The notes under the pieces are model-generated. The model had not been told where the DNA came from and made no database searches. It saw only the letters and a list, made by a program, of their open reading frames with translations. Position numbers and translations under genes: made by a program. DNA of 64,000 nucleotides from an uncultured candidate division Zixibacteria bacterium (GTDB lineage: Bacteria > Zixibacteria > MSB-5A5 > GN15 > PGXB01), in contig OY969724.1 of assembly GCA_963702205.1 (NCBI GenBank), positions 2,144,001-2,208,000 on the forward strand. Direction: 5' to 3'. Below are positions 40,812 through 50,240 of this stretch, piece after piece (positions within the stretch are counted from its first letter, which is position 1; each line of letters begins with the position of its first letter).

Positions 40812-40934
40812 ATACACAATTTACGGTTAAAAACCATTCATGCAACAATTTTTTCGCGTCGGGCATTGCTAAATTTTCAAAGATCGCTTATTATCCTCAC
40901 TAACATTATCGGACGCTAAAAAAGGTAACTTTAT

Positions 40935-41309
40935 ATGATTTACGGACTGGGAATAGACATTATCCGGATCAATCGGATCAAAGTCGCTCTGGATAAATAC
41001 GGGGACAAATTTGCCCGCAAAATTCTGGGTGAGGAAGAACGCGAAATCTTCCGGGGACGGCTCGACAAAGCCGCTTTTGTGGCCGGACGGTTCGCCGCCA
41101 AGGAGGCCGTCATGAAATCGCTGTCGTCGTTTTTCGATACCGGCGGCCTGCATTTCAAATCTATACAGATCTTGCCGGACCTTTACGGCCGGCCGTACTG
41201 CCATCTCGACGATGACATCCGGGAGAAAATTTTCGACAAAGAGATAAGGATATCCATATCGCACGACCGCGAAGCGGCGACGGCGGTGGCCATAATGTCC
41301 GGGGACTGA
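40935..41309 (+). CDS. acpS: Holo-ACP synthase
   Basis: GLGIDI, AGRFAAKEA, GRP, SISHD. Confidence 0.95.
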   Translation: MIYGLGIDIIRINRIKVALDKYGDKFARKILGEEEREIFRGRLDKAAFVAGRFAAKEAVMKSLSSFFDTGGLHFKSIQILPDLYGRPYCHLDDDIREKIFDKEIRISISHDREAATAVAIMSGD

Positions 41310-41310
41310 T

Positions 41311-41898
41311 ATGACAGATGTACTGAAGATTTTCAAAGAAGCCGACGCCCTGCTGGAGGGTCATTTCAAACTTTCATCGGGCAAGCACAGCGACATCTAT
41401 TACGAGAAATTCAATATCCTCAAAAAACCGCGCCTGTGCGAGCAGGTCTGCATCGAGATGGCCAAGATGTTCGAAAATGACAATGTCGAACTGGTGGTCG
41501 GCCCGACTACCGGCGGCGTAATCATCGCGTTCGAAGTCGCCAAATATCTCGGGGTCGATGCCATCTATGCCGAAGGGGCCGACGACGGCAAAAGCCGGGT
41601 GTTCAAACGCGGGTTTTTTATCGACGAGGGAACGCGTGTACTTATCGTCGACGACGTCATGACTACCGGGCGGGCGATATTCGAGGTGATCGACCTGGTC
41701 AAGCAGTACAATGCCAACATTGTCGGGGTCGGCGTGTTTCTGGATCGCTCCGGCGGAGCGGTCAAGTTCGACTATCCTTTCAAGGCGCTCGCGACGGTCG
41801 ACGCCAGCCAGCGTACCTGGGAAGTGGCCGATTGCCCTCTATGTAAAAAAGGCATGCCCCTGACTCAACGCGGTTCAAGAAAGTTTCAAAAGGCATAG
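41311..41898 (+). CDS. pyrE: Orotate phosphoribosyltransferase
   Basis: GHFKLSSGKHS, VLIVDDVMTTG, DRS. Confidence 0.94.
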   Translation: MTDVLKIFKEADALLEGHFKLSSGKHSDIYYEKFNILKKPRLCEQVCIEMAKMFENDNVELVVGPTTGGVIIAFEVAKYLGVDAIYAEGADDGKSRVFKRGFFIDEGTRVLIVDDVMTTGRAIFEVIDLVKQYNANIVGVGVFLDRSGGAVKFDYPFKALATVDASQRTWEVADCPLCKKGMPLTQRGSRKFQKA

Positions 41899-41918
41899 AG
41901 GAACACTTATATGGCGAA

Positions 41919-42050
41919 GCAGGGCAGAACCCTTTCGAAGACCCTGATCTTTTGAAGGGTAGTGCTTCTGCCATTTTTATATACGCATATCTATCTGAAT
42001 AATTGAAAAAGATGGCAGGAGCGCTTCACTTCGTTCGGCTCCTGCCCTAC
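41919..42050. repeat. Two REP-like hairpins; the first is an inverted copy of the 3571/3829 element
   Basis: gcagggcagaaccctttcgaagaccctgatcttttgaagggtagtgcttctgccat; ggcaggagc...gctcctgccctac. Confidence 0.85.
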
Positions 42051-42053
42051 TAA

Positions 42054-42188
42054 GAGCTCGACAAATTGCAGGGTTTCGCCTATTACGTGCCGTTGAAATC
42101 GGGATGGAATGCGGGATTCGAAGTGGCGGATTATGACCGGGATATTTTGGCGTCCGATTCCACTGTCTCCTGGTTTTTCCGGTATTAA
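42054..42188 (+). pseudogene. Orphan 3' gene fragment (ELDKLQGFAYYVPLKSGWNAGFEVADYDRDILASDSTVSWFFRY*)
   Basis: 44 open codons with genome-like usage and no ATG/RBS; begins at a REP end; its stop shares TTAA with the convergent gene. Confidence 0.45.
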
Positions 42189-42388
42189 GAATCGCCGCGC
42201 GGCAGTTTGTCATTGAATTCGGCGATGATGGCATCGGCGTCGAGGCCCTTTTGTTTCAGGAAATCGCCGATTGATCCCCAGGCCGGTTCACCGCAGACGA
42301 TGCAGTTAGTACCTTTGGAAATAAGAAATGCATTCAGCGTGGGGAACTGATGAATCAGGTCTTCGATTTGGTCGTCGTATTTGATCAT
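42185..42388 (-). CDS. DUF1858-like small CxxC protein
   Basis: MIKYDDQIEDLIHQFP...KG..CIVCGE...G..GD.L..KG pattern. Confidence 0.7.
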   Translation of the reverse strand: MIKYDDQIEDLIHQFPTLNAFLISKGTNCIVCGEPAWGSIGDFLKQKGLDADAIIAEFNDKLPRGDS

Positions 42389-42414
42389 GGCATTTATGCG
42401 CTTTATACTTTTGT

Positions 42415-42790
42415 CCCACTCCAAACAAGTTTGGAGTGGCCACCCGTCGGGCATGGGGCAGATGTGGACATCTGCCGCCCACTTTAACGCCGGAATGCAA
42501 TTTATCGTAGGGCAGAACCCTTTAGTGGTTCTGCCATCTTGGTTTGTCGGGATTTGGCAGGACCGCTTCGCTTCGCCTGGGTCCTGCCCTACGCGTGTAT
42601 ATTTATGAAGATGTCGGGTTTCACGAAAACTCGGAACCCGACCCGCCGCTAGCCGGTCGATCTGAGGATCGACCGAGCACAACATCAGGTCTTCGATTTG
42701 GTCGTCGTATTTTATCATGGCATTTATACGTTTTTGCTCGTTGCACCACCCGGGCATGGGGCAGATGTGGACATCTGCCGCCCACATTAC
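42415..42790. repeat. REP mosaic containing a duplicated 5' end of the DUF1858-like gene
   Basis: 42354-42405 resembles 42684-42735; gggcatggggcagatgtggacatctgccgcccac occurs twice; several other hairpins. Confidence 0.85.
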
Positions 42791-42811
42791 AGGCCGGGCA
42801 CAACGCAAGGG

Positions 42812-43297
42812 CTAGGGCAATTCCTTTATCTTTTTTATTATTGCCGTGGTCGAGCAGCCGGGGGCGAGGTCGATGCGCTGAACTGAGCCGCCATACGATT
42901 TCACAAACTCCGCCCCGACTATCTCCGATTCTTTGTAATCGGCACCTTTGACGAGCACGTCGGGTCGCACCAGTTTAATCAATTTTTCCGGCGTTTCTTC
43001 ATCGAACAGGATGACAAAATCAACCGGCTTGAGGGCGGCGACGATTTGCAGGCGATCCTTCTCCGGCTGCACCGGCCGCGACGGGGATTTGAATTTCCTG
43101 ACCGAGCTGTCCGAATTGACGCCGACAATAAGTACATCCCCCAGCGCTTTGGCTTTGGTCAGATAGTCGACGTGGCCATAGTGCAGTATGTCAAATACGC
43201 CGTTAGTGAAAACGATTTTCTTGCCCTGCTTGCGCAGGGGAGAAGTGATGGTGTCGATTGATTTGGCGGTGTATGTGGTTAGTAGATTTTTGTTCAT
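42812..43297 (-). CDS. rfaE2: D-glycero-beta-D-manno-heptose 1-phosphate adenylyltransferase
   Basis: FTNGVFDILHYGH, GVNSD.SV, LVKGADY, STT. Confidence 0.95.
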   Translation of the reverse strand: MNKNLLTTYTAKSIDTITSPLRKQGKKIVFTNGVFDILHYGHVDYLTKAKALGDVLIVGVNSDSSVRKFKSPSRPVQPEKDRLQIVAALKPVDFVILFDEETPEKLIKLVRPDVLVKGADYKESEIVGAEFVKSYGGSVQRIDLAPGCSTTAIIKKIKELP

Positions 43298-43323
43298 GGC
43301 ATAGTAGTCTTATTAAATTAAAA

Positions 43324-44100
43324 TTAATACGTTTCTTTTATTCTTTGTGCTATTTCATACATTTCCTGAGGAGGATATGATGCAATTAAAACCCAAGTCA
43401 ACTCGGGTCCGAATACAAATCTTTCATTTATGTCTAAATAATGGTAGGTAGGGGTATTTTCAATAAAGCAATCATCATCCTTGAGTGCATAACTTGAAAA
43501 AACCGCTACTTCTAAACGACCCTTTGACGTTCCTTGGTGTAAAGAGTCATAGAAATCCCTTGGCTTAAGTCTTAGGCCATTCATAATGAAATTTGTTAAT
43601 GAGAAATGTGCCTGAATATTCTTTTGATTTTGAATATTCCAAATGTTTATGCCCGAATACATGGGATCATGATGGCGGGCCAAAATTGGGGGTTCATTGT
43701 TATTGGGAACATAACGAAAAACCACCGTTACTTTTGCAGACAAATTTTGTTTGCTAGAAGTTCCTATAATAAAGGCAGTTCTAATTTCACTTATAAACAA
43801 GCCTATGGTGTTATCATTTATGCAATATGGTTTTCCAAGATCAACCAATAAATTAGGGCCTTCTAAATAATGAATCTGTTTTCTTACATATTCTAATTGA
43901 GCCGTTGCAGCTTCTGCCTGAATTCTTGAAGCCTTAGCAATATCATTTGTCGCATATGTGTACCATAGCAGGGCGATCAAAGTCAAAACTAATAATACAA
44001 GATTAAGTTTATCCAATGTGGCAGAATTGGCATCAAATATGAAAATGCCAACGGATATCCCAATCAGAATTAAAGTTAATAATATAACTAGTATTTTCAT
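43324..44100 (-). CDS. AT-rich hypothetical membrane protein (probably horizontally acquired)
   Basis: Two N-terminal TMs plus coiled segment; visibly AT-rich versus flanks; start uncertain. Confidence 0.7.
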   Translation of the reverse strand: MKILVILLTLILIGISVGIFIFDANSATLDKLNLVLLVLTLIALLWYTYATNDIAKASRIQAEAATAQLEYVRKQIHYLEGPNLLVDLGKPYCINDNTIGLFISEIRTAFIIGTSSKQNLSAKVTVVFRYVPNNNEPPILARHHDPMYSGINIWNIQNQKNIQAHFSLTNFIMNGLRLKPRDFYDSLHQGTSKGRLEVAVFSSYALKDDDCFIENTPTYHYLDINERFVFGPELTWVLIASYPPQEMYEIAQRIKETY

Positions 44101-44109
44101 CGTCTTCAA

Positions 44110-44275
44110 TGTCAGGAGCACAGGGCTCCTGACCTACTTCAAGAATACTTTTGTGTCGGGTTTCTCGAAGACTCGGAACCCGACCTACTTAATTTGTCAG
44201 GAGCGCACGGCTCCTGACCTACTTCAAGAATACTTTTGTGTCGGGTTTCTCGAAGACTCGGAACCCGACCTACTA
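44110..44275 (-). repeat. Two tandem 85-bp units, each with two GTAGG-headed REP hairpins
   Basis: tgtcaggagc..gctcctgacctac-ttcaagaatactttt-gtgtcgggtt..aacccgacctac repeated at offset 85. Confidence 0.9.
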
Positions 44276-44286
44276 CTTAAAGAATA

Positions 44287-45285
44287 TTATTTCTTAGCGT
44301 ACAGCTTATTTAATTCCTCAACTAGGGTCTCTTTGGTCACGCTGGCGGTGCCGATTTCGCCGACGACCACACCCGCGGCGCAGTTGGCGATTATGGCCGC
44401 TTCGGTCAAATCCGCTCCGGCGGCGACCGCCGAAACAAACACCGCGATAACGGTATCGCCTGCGCCGGTTACGTCGAACACTTTCTGGGCGACAGTCGGC
44501 AAATAGTCGATCTCGCCGCTGGCGTGGAAAAGCGCCATCCCTTTTTCACCGCGCGTGATCAGAATCGATTTGGCCTCCAGCCTTTCCAGCAACTCTTTGC
44601 CGACGACTTCAAGATCGTGATCGGAGCGTATTTTCCGCCCGGCCACAAACCCGGCTTCGTGATGGTTGGGTGTCACCACCGAGACTTTTTTATAGTGAAA
44701 GAAATGCGCGTCTTTAGGATCGACCGCGACAAATATATCTTTCTCGATACAAGCGGGGATTAGTTTCTCCAAAAGTGAACGAGTTATGACGCCTTTGCCA
44801 TAGTCCGAAATAATCACGGCTTTGATCTGGTCGGCAACTTTCTCGAACCGGTCGAGAATTACTTTTTCGACTTTGGCGGAGATTTCGAATGCGTCTTCTT
44901 TGTCGGCCCGGACCACCTGCTGCGAGTGCGCCACGATTCTGGTTTTAATCGTCGTCCGGCGCTCTTTATCGTCGACAAGGTAATCGTGAGAAATGTCGTT
45001 TTCTTTCAGCAGTTGCGACATCTTTATGGCGGCGTCATCAAGGCCGATGGTTCCGATAAGATAGGGGGTGTCGCCCAGCGAGCGGACGTTATTGGCGACG
45101 TTGGCGGCGCCGCCCAGACGGGTCTGCTCGTGGTTGATCTCGACTACCGGCACCGGTGCTTCGGGTGAAATCCGGCTGACGGTTCCGTGAAGGTATTCAT
45201 CGAGCATGACGTCGCCGAGTATTAATATCTTGGCTTTTCCGATATTGTCAGCTATCTTAACAACTTGATCAGTTTTATTTGGCAT
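44287..45285 (-). CDS. rfaE1: D-glycero-beta-D-manno-heptose 7-phosphate kinase
   Basis: GDVMLD.Y, RISPEAPVPV, SDYGKG, DVTGAGDT. Confidence 0.95.
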   Translation of the reverse strand: MPNKTDQVVKIADNIGKAKILILGDVMLDEYLHGTVSRISPEAPVPVVEINHEQTRLGGAANVANNVRSLGDTPYLIGTIGLDDAAIKMSQLLKENDISHDYLVDDKERRTTIKTRIVAHSQQVVRADKEDAFEISAKVEKVILDRFEKVADQIKAVIISDYGKGVITRSLLEKLIPACIEKDIFVAVDPKDAHFFHYKKVSVVTPNHHEAGFVAGRKIRSDHDLEVVGKELLERLEAKSILITRGEKGMALFHASGEIDYLPTVAQKVFDVTGAGDTVIAVFVSAVAAGADLTEAAIIANCAAGVVVGEIGTASVTKETLVEELNKLYAKK

Positions 45286-45378
45286 ACTACGAGCTTTTTA
45301 TCTATGATGGTTTAAATTTTTGCCAATATATTTATTATGTGGCCGTTTCACAAGAGAATTGAAGGAGTAAAAGATAAT

Positions 45379-45717
45379 ATGAATATGAAACAGCAGGCTC
45401 GGATTAATCTCGAAATCGACGATAAGGAGGCTGAAGGAATATATTCCAACCTAGCGCTTATCGCCCACAGCCCCAACGAGTTTATTTTCGATTTCGCGCG
45501 AATTATGCCGGGCGCCAAGAAAACCCGGGTGCAGGCGAGAATAATTATGACTCCGGCGCACGCCAAAATGCTGCGTAAAACCTTGGAGGAGAATTTAAAG
45601 AAATATGAGGACCAGTTCGGGGAAATAAAGGTCCACGGCGGTCCGGGAGATTTGCACAAAGGCAATATCGGCTTCGAATCGTCGCCACCATCCGAAGAAG
45701 GGAACAATGATGCCTAA
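45379..45717 (+). CDS. DUF3467-like protein
   Basis: EGIYSN...HS..EFIFDF...RIIMTP.HAK...YE..FGEI. Confidence 0.8.
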   Translation: MNMKQQARINLEIDDKEAEGIYSNLALIAHSPNEFIFDFARIMPGAKKTRVQARIIMTPAHAKMLRKTLEENLKKYEDQFGEIKVHGGPGDLHKGNIGFESSPPSEEGNNDA

Positions 45718-47452
45718 AGGATATTTCGCATTCGTACTACACAATCACCTTCCTTATGTCATCTCGCACGGGCGCTGGCCACACGGCATGGACTGGCTAT
45801 CCGAAGCCGCCGCGGAAACGTATATGCCGCTGATACGCATCATGCACGAGATGATAGTCGAGGGCAAGAAACCTAAACTGACTGTTGATATTTCTCCGGT
45901 ATTGTGCGAGCAGTTGTCGGACAAGACGTTCAAGGAAGAGTTCAAGCATTACTTGAGCCAGAAAATAGAGGCGGCGCGTCAGGATACGGTCGAGTTCCAG
46001 AAATACAATCAGCCCGGTATGCTGGCCAATGCCCGCATGTGGCTCGATTTCTACAGCAAGACACTCGACAGTTTCCGCCTGATCAACGAGGATATAATCG
46101 CGCAGTTTAAAAAGCTGCAGGACGAGGGCTATCTCGAAATTATGACGTGCGGAGCGACGCACGGATATATGCCGCTTCTTTCATGCGATGAGACGGTACA
46201 GGCACAGGTTAAGGCGGCGGTGAAAAATTATGAAAAACATTTCGGCCGCAAGCCGCGCGGGATCTGGCTGCCCGAATGCGCCTATCGTCCGCGTTATCGC
46301 TGGATGCCGCCGATCGACGTCGAAGGCGTCGATGAACCGTACGACCGCAAAGGGGTGGATGAATTCCTGTCAGAAAACGGCATTGATTATTTTATCGTCG
46401 ACAGTCATCTGCTCAAGGGCGGCAAATCGATTGGTGTATATGTCGATCGGTATGAGGCTTTGAAGCGTCTTTGGGGCCAGTTCGAAAAGGAATACAAGCC
46501 GCGCAAGGAAGACAAGGCCAAAACGCCGCGCGAAGTGTACCTGGTGTCGTCGGCCGCCGAAGGCAAAAAGCCGACGGCCATTTTCACGCGCGATCCCGAA
46601 ACCGGTCTTCTGGTCTGGTCGGGTGAGCACGGTTATCCGGGCGACGGACACTATCTGGATTTCCACAAAAAACGTTTCCCCGGCGGCAATCGTTACTGGG
46701 CGGTGACCTCATCCAAGGCCGACCTGGCCGACAAGGTAGAGTACAACGTCGAGTCGGCGATGTCCCGCATTCCTGAAAACGCCGATCATTTCGCATCGAA
46801 AATCAGAGAGATTTTGATCGGGTATAACGGCTCATCGGGTCGCAAGGGTATGTTGACGGCGCCGTACGACGCCGAACTGTTCGGTCACTGGTGGTTCGAG
46901 GGCCCATTATTCCTGCAGGAAGTCATCCGCCGGATCCACGACGATCCCGATATCGACCTGACGTTTTTGAGTGAGCATTATGAGCGAGTGCGGCCATCGG
47001 AAATTATATCGCTTCCCGAGGGGAGCTGGGGACAGGGTGGTCATCATTATATCTGGCTCAACAAAGAGACGGAATGGACCTGGAAGCATATCTATTCCGA
47101 CGAGCGCAAGATGGTCGAGCTGGCCCGGCATTACACGGCCAATAAAGATGCGATCGATAATAAACTGGTCGACGTGCTCAAGCAGACAGCCCGCGAGTTG
47201 ATGCTTCTGGTGGCGTCCGACTGGCAATTTTTGATTTCCACCTGGGCGGCGCGGGATTACGCGGAGCTGCGGCTGTCGCAGCATCACAGCGATTTCAGAA
47301 AGCTGGCCGAGATGGCCGACGCGATGATCGCCGGGAAGTCGCCGTCGGACGGCGACTGGCAGTTCTACAAGGATTGCTGTACGCGTGACTCGCTCTTCGA
47401 TGAAATCGAGCTGGAGTGGTTCGCGCACGTCGAATATCCGGTGTACGCATAA
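45707..47452 (+). CDS. GH57 (DUF1957) 1,4-alpha-glucan branching enzyme
   Basis: H.HLPYV, ETYMPL, WLPECAY, YDAELFGHWW, SDWQF. Confidence 0.92.
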   Translation: MMPKGYFAFVLHNHLPYVISHGRWPHGMDWLSEAAAETYMPLIRIMHEMIVEGKKPKLTVDISPVLCEQLSDKTFKEEFKHYLSQKIEAARQDTVEFQKYNQPGMLANARMWLDFYSKTLDSFRLINEDIIAQFKKLQDEGYLEIMTCGATHGYMPLLSCDETVQAQVKAAVKNYEKHFGRKPRGIWLPECAYRPRYRWMPPIDVEGVDEPYDRKGVDEFLSENGIDYFIVDSHLLKGGKSIGVYVDRYEALKRLWGQFEKEYKPRKEDKAKTPREVYLVSSAAEGKKPTAIFTRDPETGLLVWSGEHGYPGDGHYLDFHKKRFPGGNRYWAVTSSKADLADKVEYNVESAMSRIPENADHFASKIREILIGYNGSSGRKGMLTAPYDAELFGHWWFEGPLFLQEVIRRIHDDPDIDLTFLSEHYERVRPSEIISLPEGSWGQGGHHYIWLNKETEWTWKHIYSDERKMVELARHYTANKDAIDNKLVDVLKQTARELMLLVASDWQFLISTWAARDYAELRLSQHHSDFRKLAEMADAMIAGKSPSDGDWQFYKDCCTRDSLFDEIELEWFAHVEYPVYA

Positions 47453-47463
47453 GAAATAGAAAG

Positions 47464-47612
47464 TGTCAGGTCTCAATTTCGTTTCACGAAATCAGGCCCT
47501 GACACAACTTGTAATATTTTGTCGGGTTTTTCGCTCAGCATCTGCGACGCCTCGCTCAGAACCCGACCTACTTGACTTCAAAGATGGATTCCGGGTCAAG
47601 CCCGGAATGACA
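47464..47612. repeat. REP mosaic (three palindromic elements)
   Basis: tgtcagg..cctgaca; tgtcgggtt..aacccgacctac; tggattccgggtcaagcccggaatgaca. Confidence 0.85.
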
Positions 47613-47690
47613 TTGCTCCAGAGTCTTGCCCCCAAAATCTCATAATCGTTTTTTATTGCAATATCGAATAATAAACCTGCATAATTAGCC

Positions 47691-47897
47691 ATGGCTGTGG
47701 AAAGTAAGATAAGAAAATGCCCCTACTGCGGCGAAGAAATTTCGCCGGTTGCGCTGGTGTGCAAGCACTGTCATGCGCCGCTGATGAAAAAGCCGAAGCC
47801 GAAACCTCCGTTCTGGCGCGGGCAGTTTATGCTCGGCGTATATTCGGGCATATTGTTTATGATATTGATGATCTATATTTTTAATAAGGCCTTTTAA
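47691..47897 (+). CDS. Small zinc-ribbon membrane protein
   Basis: CPYCGEEI..A..CKHC plus C-terminal TM. Confidence 0.75.
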   Translation: MAVESKIRKCPYCGEEISPVALVCKHCHAPLMKKPKPKPPFWRGQFMLGVYSGILFMILMIYIFNKAF

Positions 47898-47980
47898 GCT
47901 TCTTTATAAAATCGACATAAATGCCCGGTCCGGCTTGACGTCGCTTGATATGATGCTTAAGTTCGGGACCGAACGTTAAG

Positions 47981-48589
47981 ATGAAAGAAAATACTATTAC
48001 ATCTGAACTGTCGTCCAAGGGTTACTGGCCGGCGGTGGCAAGGGAGTTTCTGGACGACAAGAAGTACGCCCGGGTGGTGGAGCTTTGCGCGGCGCGGCTC
48101 AAAGACCAACCGCAGCTGATTTCCGGGCGCTTGATATATGCCGAAGCTTTGTACCTGTCCGGACAGAATCAGACGGCCGAGGAGCAGTTTTATAAAGTGC
48201 TTCAGGCCGATCCGGATAATTTGCGGGCGCTGAAATATCTCGGTGATATAAAATTCGAATCGGGCCATCAGGCGACCGCGATGTCGTACTATGAGAGAAT
48301 ACAACAGTTGGAACCGGGGACGTCGGGTTTGTGTTGTTCGATTGAAGATTCCAAAAAAGAAATCACGAAAATAATGGTTCTTAAGAAAGGCGAAGAGAAG
48401 ACACCGGCGGCCGGACAAAAACTGCGGGAGCTTCCATTTAAAACCGAGACCATCGGCGAGCTGCTCCTGTCGCAGGGACACCCGCGTCTGGCGCTGGCGG
48501 TTTTTCAGGAGCTGGCGGACAAGACGCAAAACCCTCGCTTGAAGACAAGAGCCGAAGAAATCGAAGAGGCATTAAAAACAAAGGAATAG
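47981..48589 (+). CDS. TPR protein
   Basis: TPR repeats; TETIGELLLSQGH motif. Confidence 0.75.
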   Translation: MKENTITSELSSKGYWPAVAREFLDDKKYARVVELCAARLKDQPQLISGRLIYAEALYLSGQNQTAEEQFYKVLQADPDNLRALKYLGDIKFESGHQATAMSYYERIQQLEPGTSGLCCSIEDSKKEITKIMVLKKGEEKTPAAGQKLRELPFKTETIGELLLSQGHPRLALAVFQELADKTQNPRLKTRAEEIEEALKTKE

Positions 48590-48592
48590 ACT

Positions 48593-49666
48593 ATGTATCG
48601 CGAACGAATAAAAAAACTCCAGGCATATCTCGCAAAAGAGAATCTCGACGGGTTTATTGTCACCGCCATGCCGCACATTCAATATCTCTGCGGTTTCACC
48701 GGTTCGACCGGAATTATGATCGTCCAGCAGAAAAAGGCCTTTTTCCTGACCGATTTTCGCTATCAGGAGCAGTCGAAAAAGCAGGTTAAGGGAGCGAAGA
48801 CGATTATCACTAAAAAAGCCGTTTATTCTGAGCTTAAGGACTTGGGACAATTTAATGCGAAAAATACTCGCTACGGCTTCGAAGCCGATCAGATTATCTG
48901 CAGCGATCTCGAAATTATAGAAAATGCCTTCGATAAAGCCATCCTGATTGCGACTACCGGAGTTTTCGAGCTGTTTTCCATAATAAAAGAAAAGCAAGAG
49001 CTCGAAATGATCGAAAAGGCGGTGGAAATTTCTGATATTGCCTTTGAGCGAATTTTGAGCATAATCAAGCCCGGAGTAAGAGAGAGCGAAGTTGCCGCCG
49101 AACTGGAATATCAGATGAAAATGCTGGGTTCGGAGAAGCCCTCGTTCGAGACAATAATCGCGTCTGGTTTTCGTTCGGCCATGCCCCACGGGATAGCATC
49201 GAACAAAAAGATCGCCCTCGGTGATTTTGTAACTCTTGATTTTGGAGCGACTTACAAAGGATATGTGTCAGATATTACACGTACCATTGTGGTTGGCAAT
49301 GCCACGGCAAAGCAGAAAAAAGTATATAGCATAGTCCTTAAAGCCCAAAAAACGGCCATAAAATGTGTGCGGCCGGGAGTGGATACGGCTAAAATAGACG
49401 CCGCCGCGCGGAACATTATTGATAAGGCCGGATATAAGAAGTATTTCGGCCATGGAACCGGCCACGGCATAGGTTTGTTGATTCATACCGAGCCCCGAAT
49501 CGGGACAGTTTCGACCGGGAGCGTGAAAAAGGGGATGGTTTTTACGGTTGAGCCCGGGATATATTTGCCCGGTTGGGGCGGAGTCAGGATTGAAGACGAC
49601 GTTTTGGTGACTTCCACAGGCGTCAAAGTTCTCAATTCGGCCGCAAAAAACTTATTGGAGCTATAA
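48593..49666 (+). CDS. Xaa-Pro aminopeptidase (M24)
   Basis: YL.GFTGS, PHG, DFG, SDITRT, HG.GHG.G, EPG.Y, RIED. Confidence 0.93.
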   Translation: MYRERIKKLQAYLAKENLDGFIVTAMPHIQYLCGFTGSTGIMIVQQKKAFFLTDFRYQEQSKKQVKGAKTIITKKAVYSELKDLGQFNAKNTRYGFEADQIICSDLEIIENAFDKAILIATTGVFELFSIIKEKQELEMIEKAVEISDIAFERILSIIKPGVRESEVAAELEYQMKMLGSEKPSFETIIASGFRSAMPHGIASNKKIALGDFVTLDFGATYKGYVSDITRTIVVGNATAKQKKVYSIVLKAQKTAIKCVRPGVDTAKIDAAARNIIDKAGYKKYFGHGTGHGIGLLIHTEPRIGTVSTGSVKKGMVFTVEPGIYLPGWGGVRIEDDVLVTSTGVKVLNSAAKNLLEL

Positions 49667-49719
49667 TCCAAATTAGTTATCTTTTTGGGTCAAATTCTGC
49701 CCGTAAGGATAGATAAGAA

Positions 49720-50217
49720 ATGAATGAGAAAACTATTAAAAGATTGATAAGACTGGTGGAAGAATCGGAAGTAGATCAACTGGAGGTTACCAGTTGGGGC
49801 CGCAAGATAAAGATTACGCGCAGGTTGCCCGGAAGCAACAATGGCCATTCGGACGGCCCGGCCCTGATGGTGTCACCCCAGCCTGCCGCCGCCCCAGTGG
49901 CGACGCAGCCGGCTCCGCCCGTATCCGCACCGCCGGTCGCGGAGGTTCAGCCGCCCGCATCGGATGCCGACAACAAGTACGTAGAGATTAAGTCGCCTAT
50001 GGTGGGGACATTCTACTCTGCGCCGGCACCGGACGCGCCTCCGTATGCCAAGGTTGGAGATAAGGTCTCTGTCGGCACGGTCGTATGTATTGTCGAGGCG
50101 ATGAAACTGATGAACGAGATCGAATCCGAAGTCACCGGTTCCGTCATGAAAGTTATGGTCGAAAACGGCCAGCCGGTCGAATTTGGACAGGTCTTGTTCC
50201 TGATTAATCCGGATTAA
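49720..50217 (+). CDS. accB: Biotin carboxyl carrier protein
   Basis: [17 protein letters not shown]. Confidence 0.95.
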   Translation: MNEKTIKRLIRLVEESEVDQLEVTSWGRKIKITRRLPGSNNGHSDGPALMVSPQPAAAPVATQPAPPVSAPPVAEVQPPASDADNKYVEIKSPMVGTFYSAPAPDAPPYAKVGDKVSVGTVVCIVEAMKLMNEIESEVTGSVMKVMVENGQPVEFGQVLFLINPD

Positions 50218-50240
50218 TACTGTTTTAGGAGGCCGGCGGC

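Noticed and set aside
44110..44275. CRISPR array
   Set aside because: The spacers are identical between units, there are only two units, and no cas genes are present; fits REP tandem repeats
43298..44286. Integron cassette with attC site
   Set aside because: No intI gene and no RYYYAAC...GTTRRRY-bounded site was recognised; the flanking hairpins are GTAG REPs
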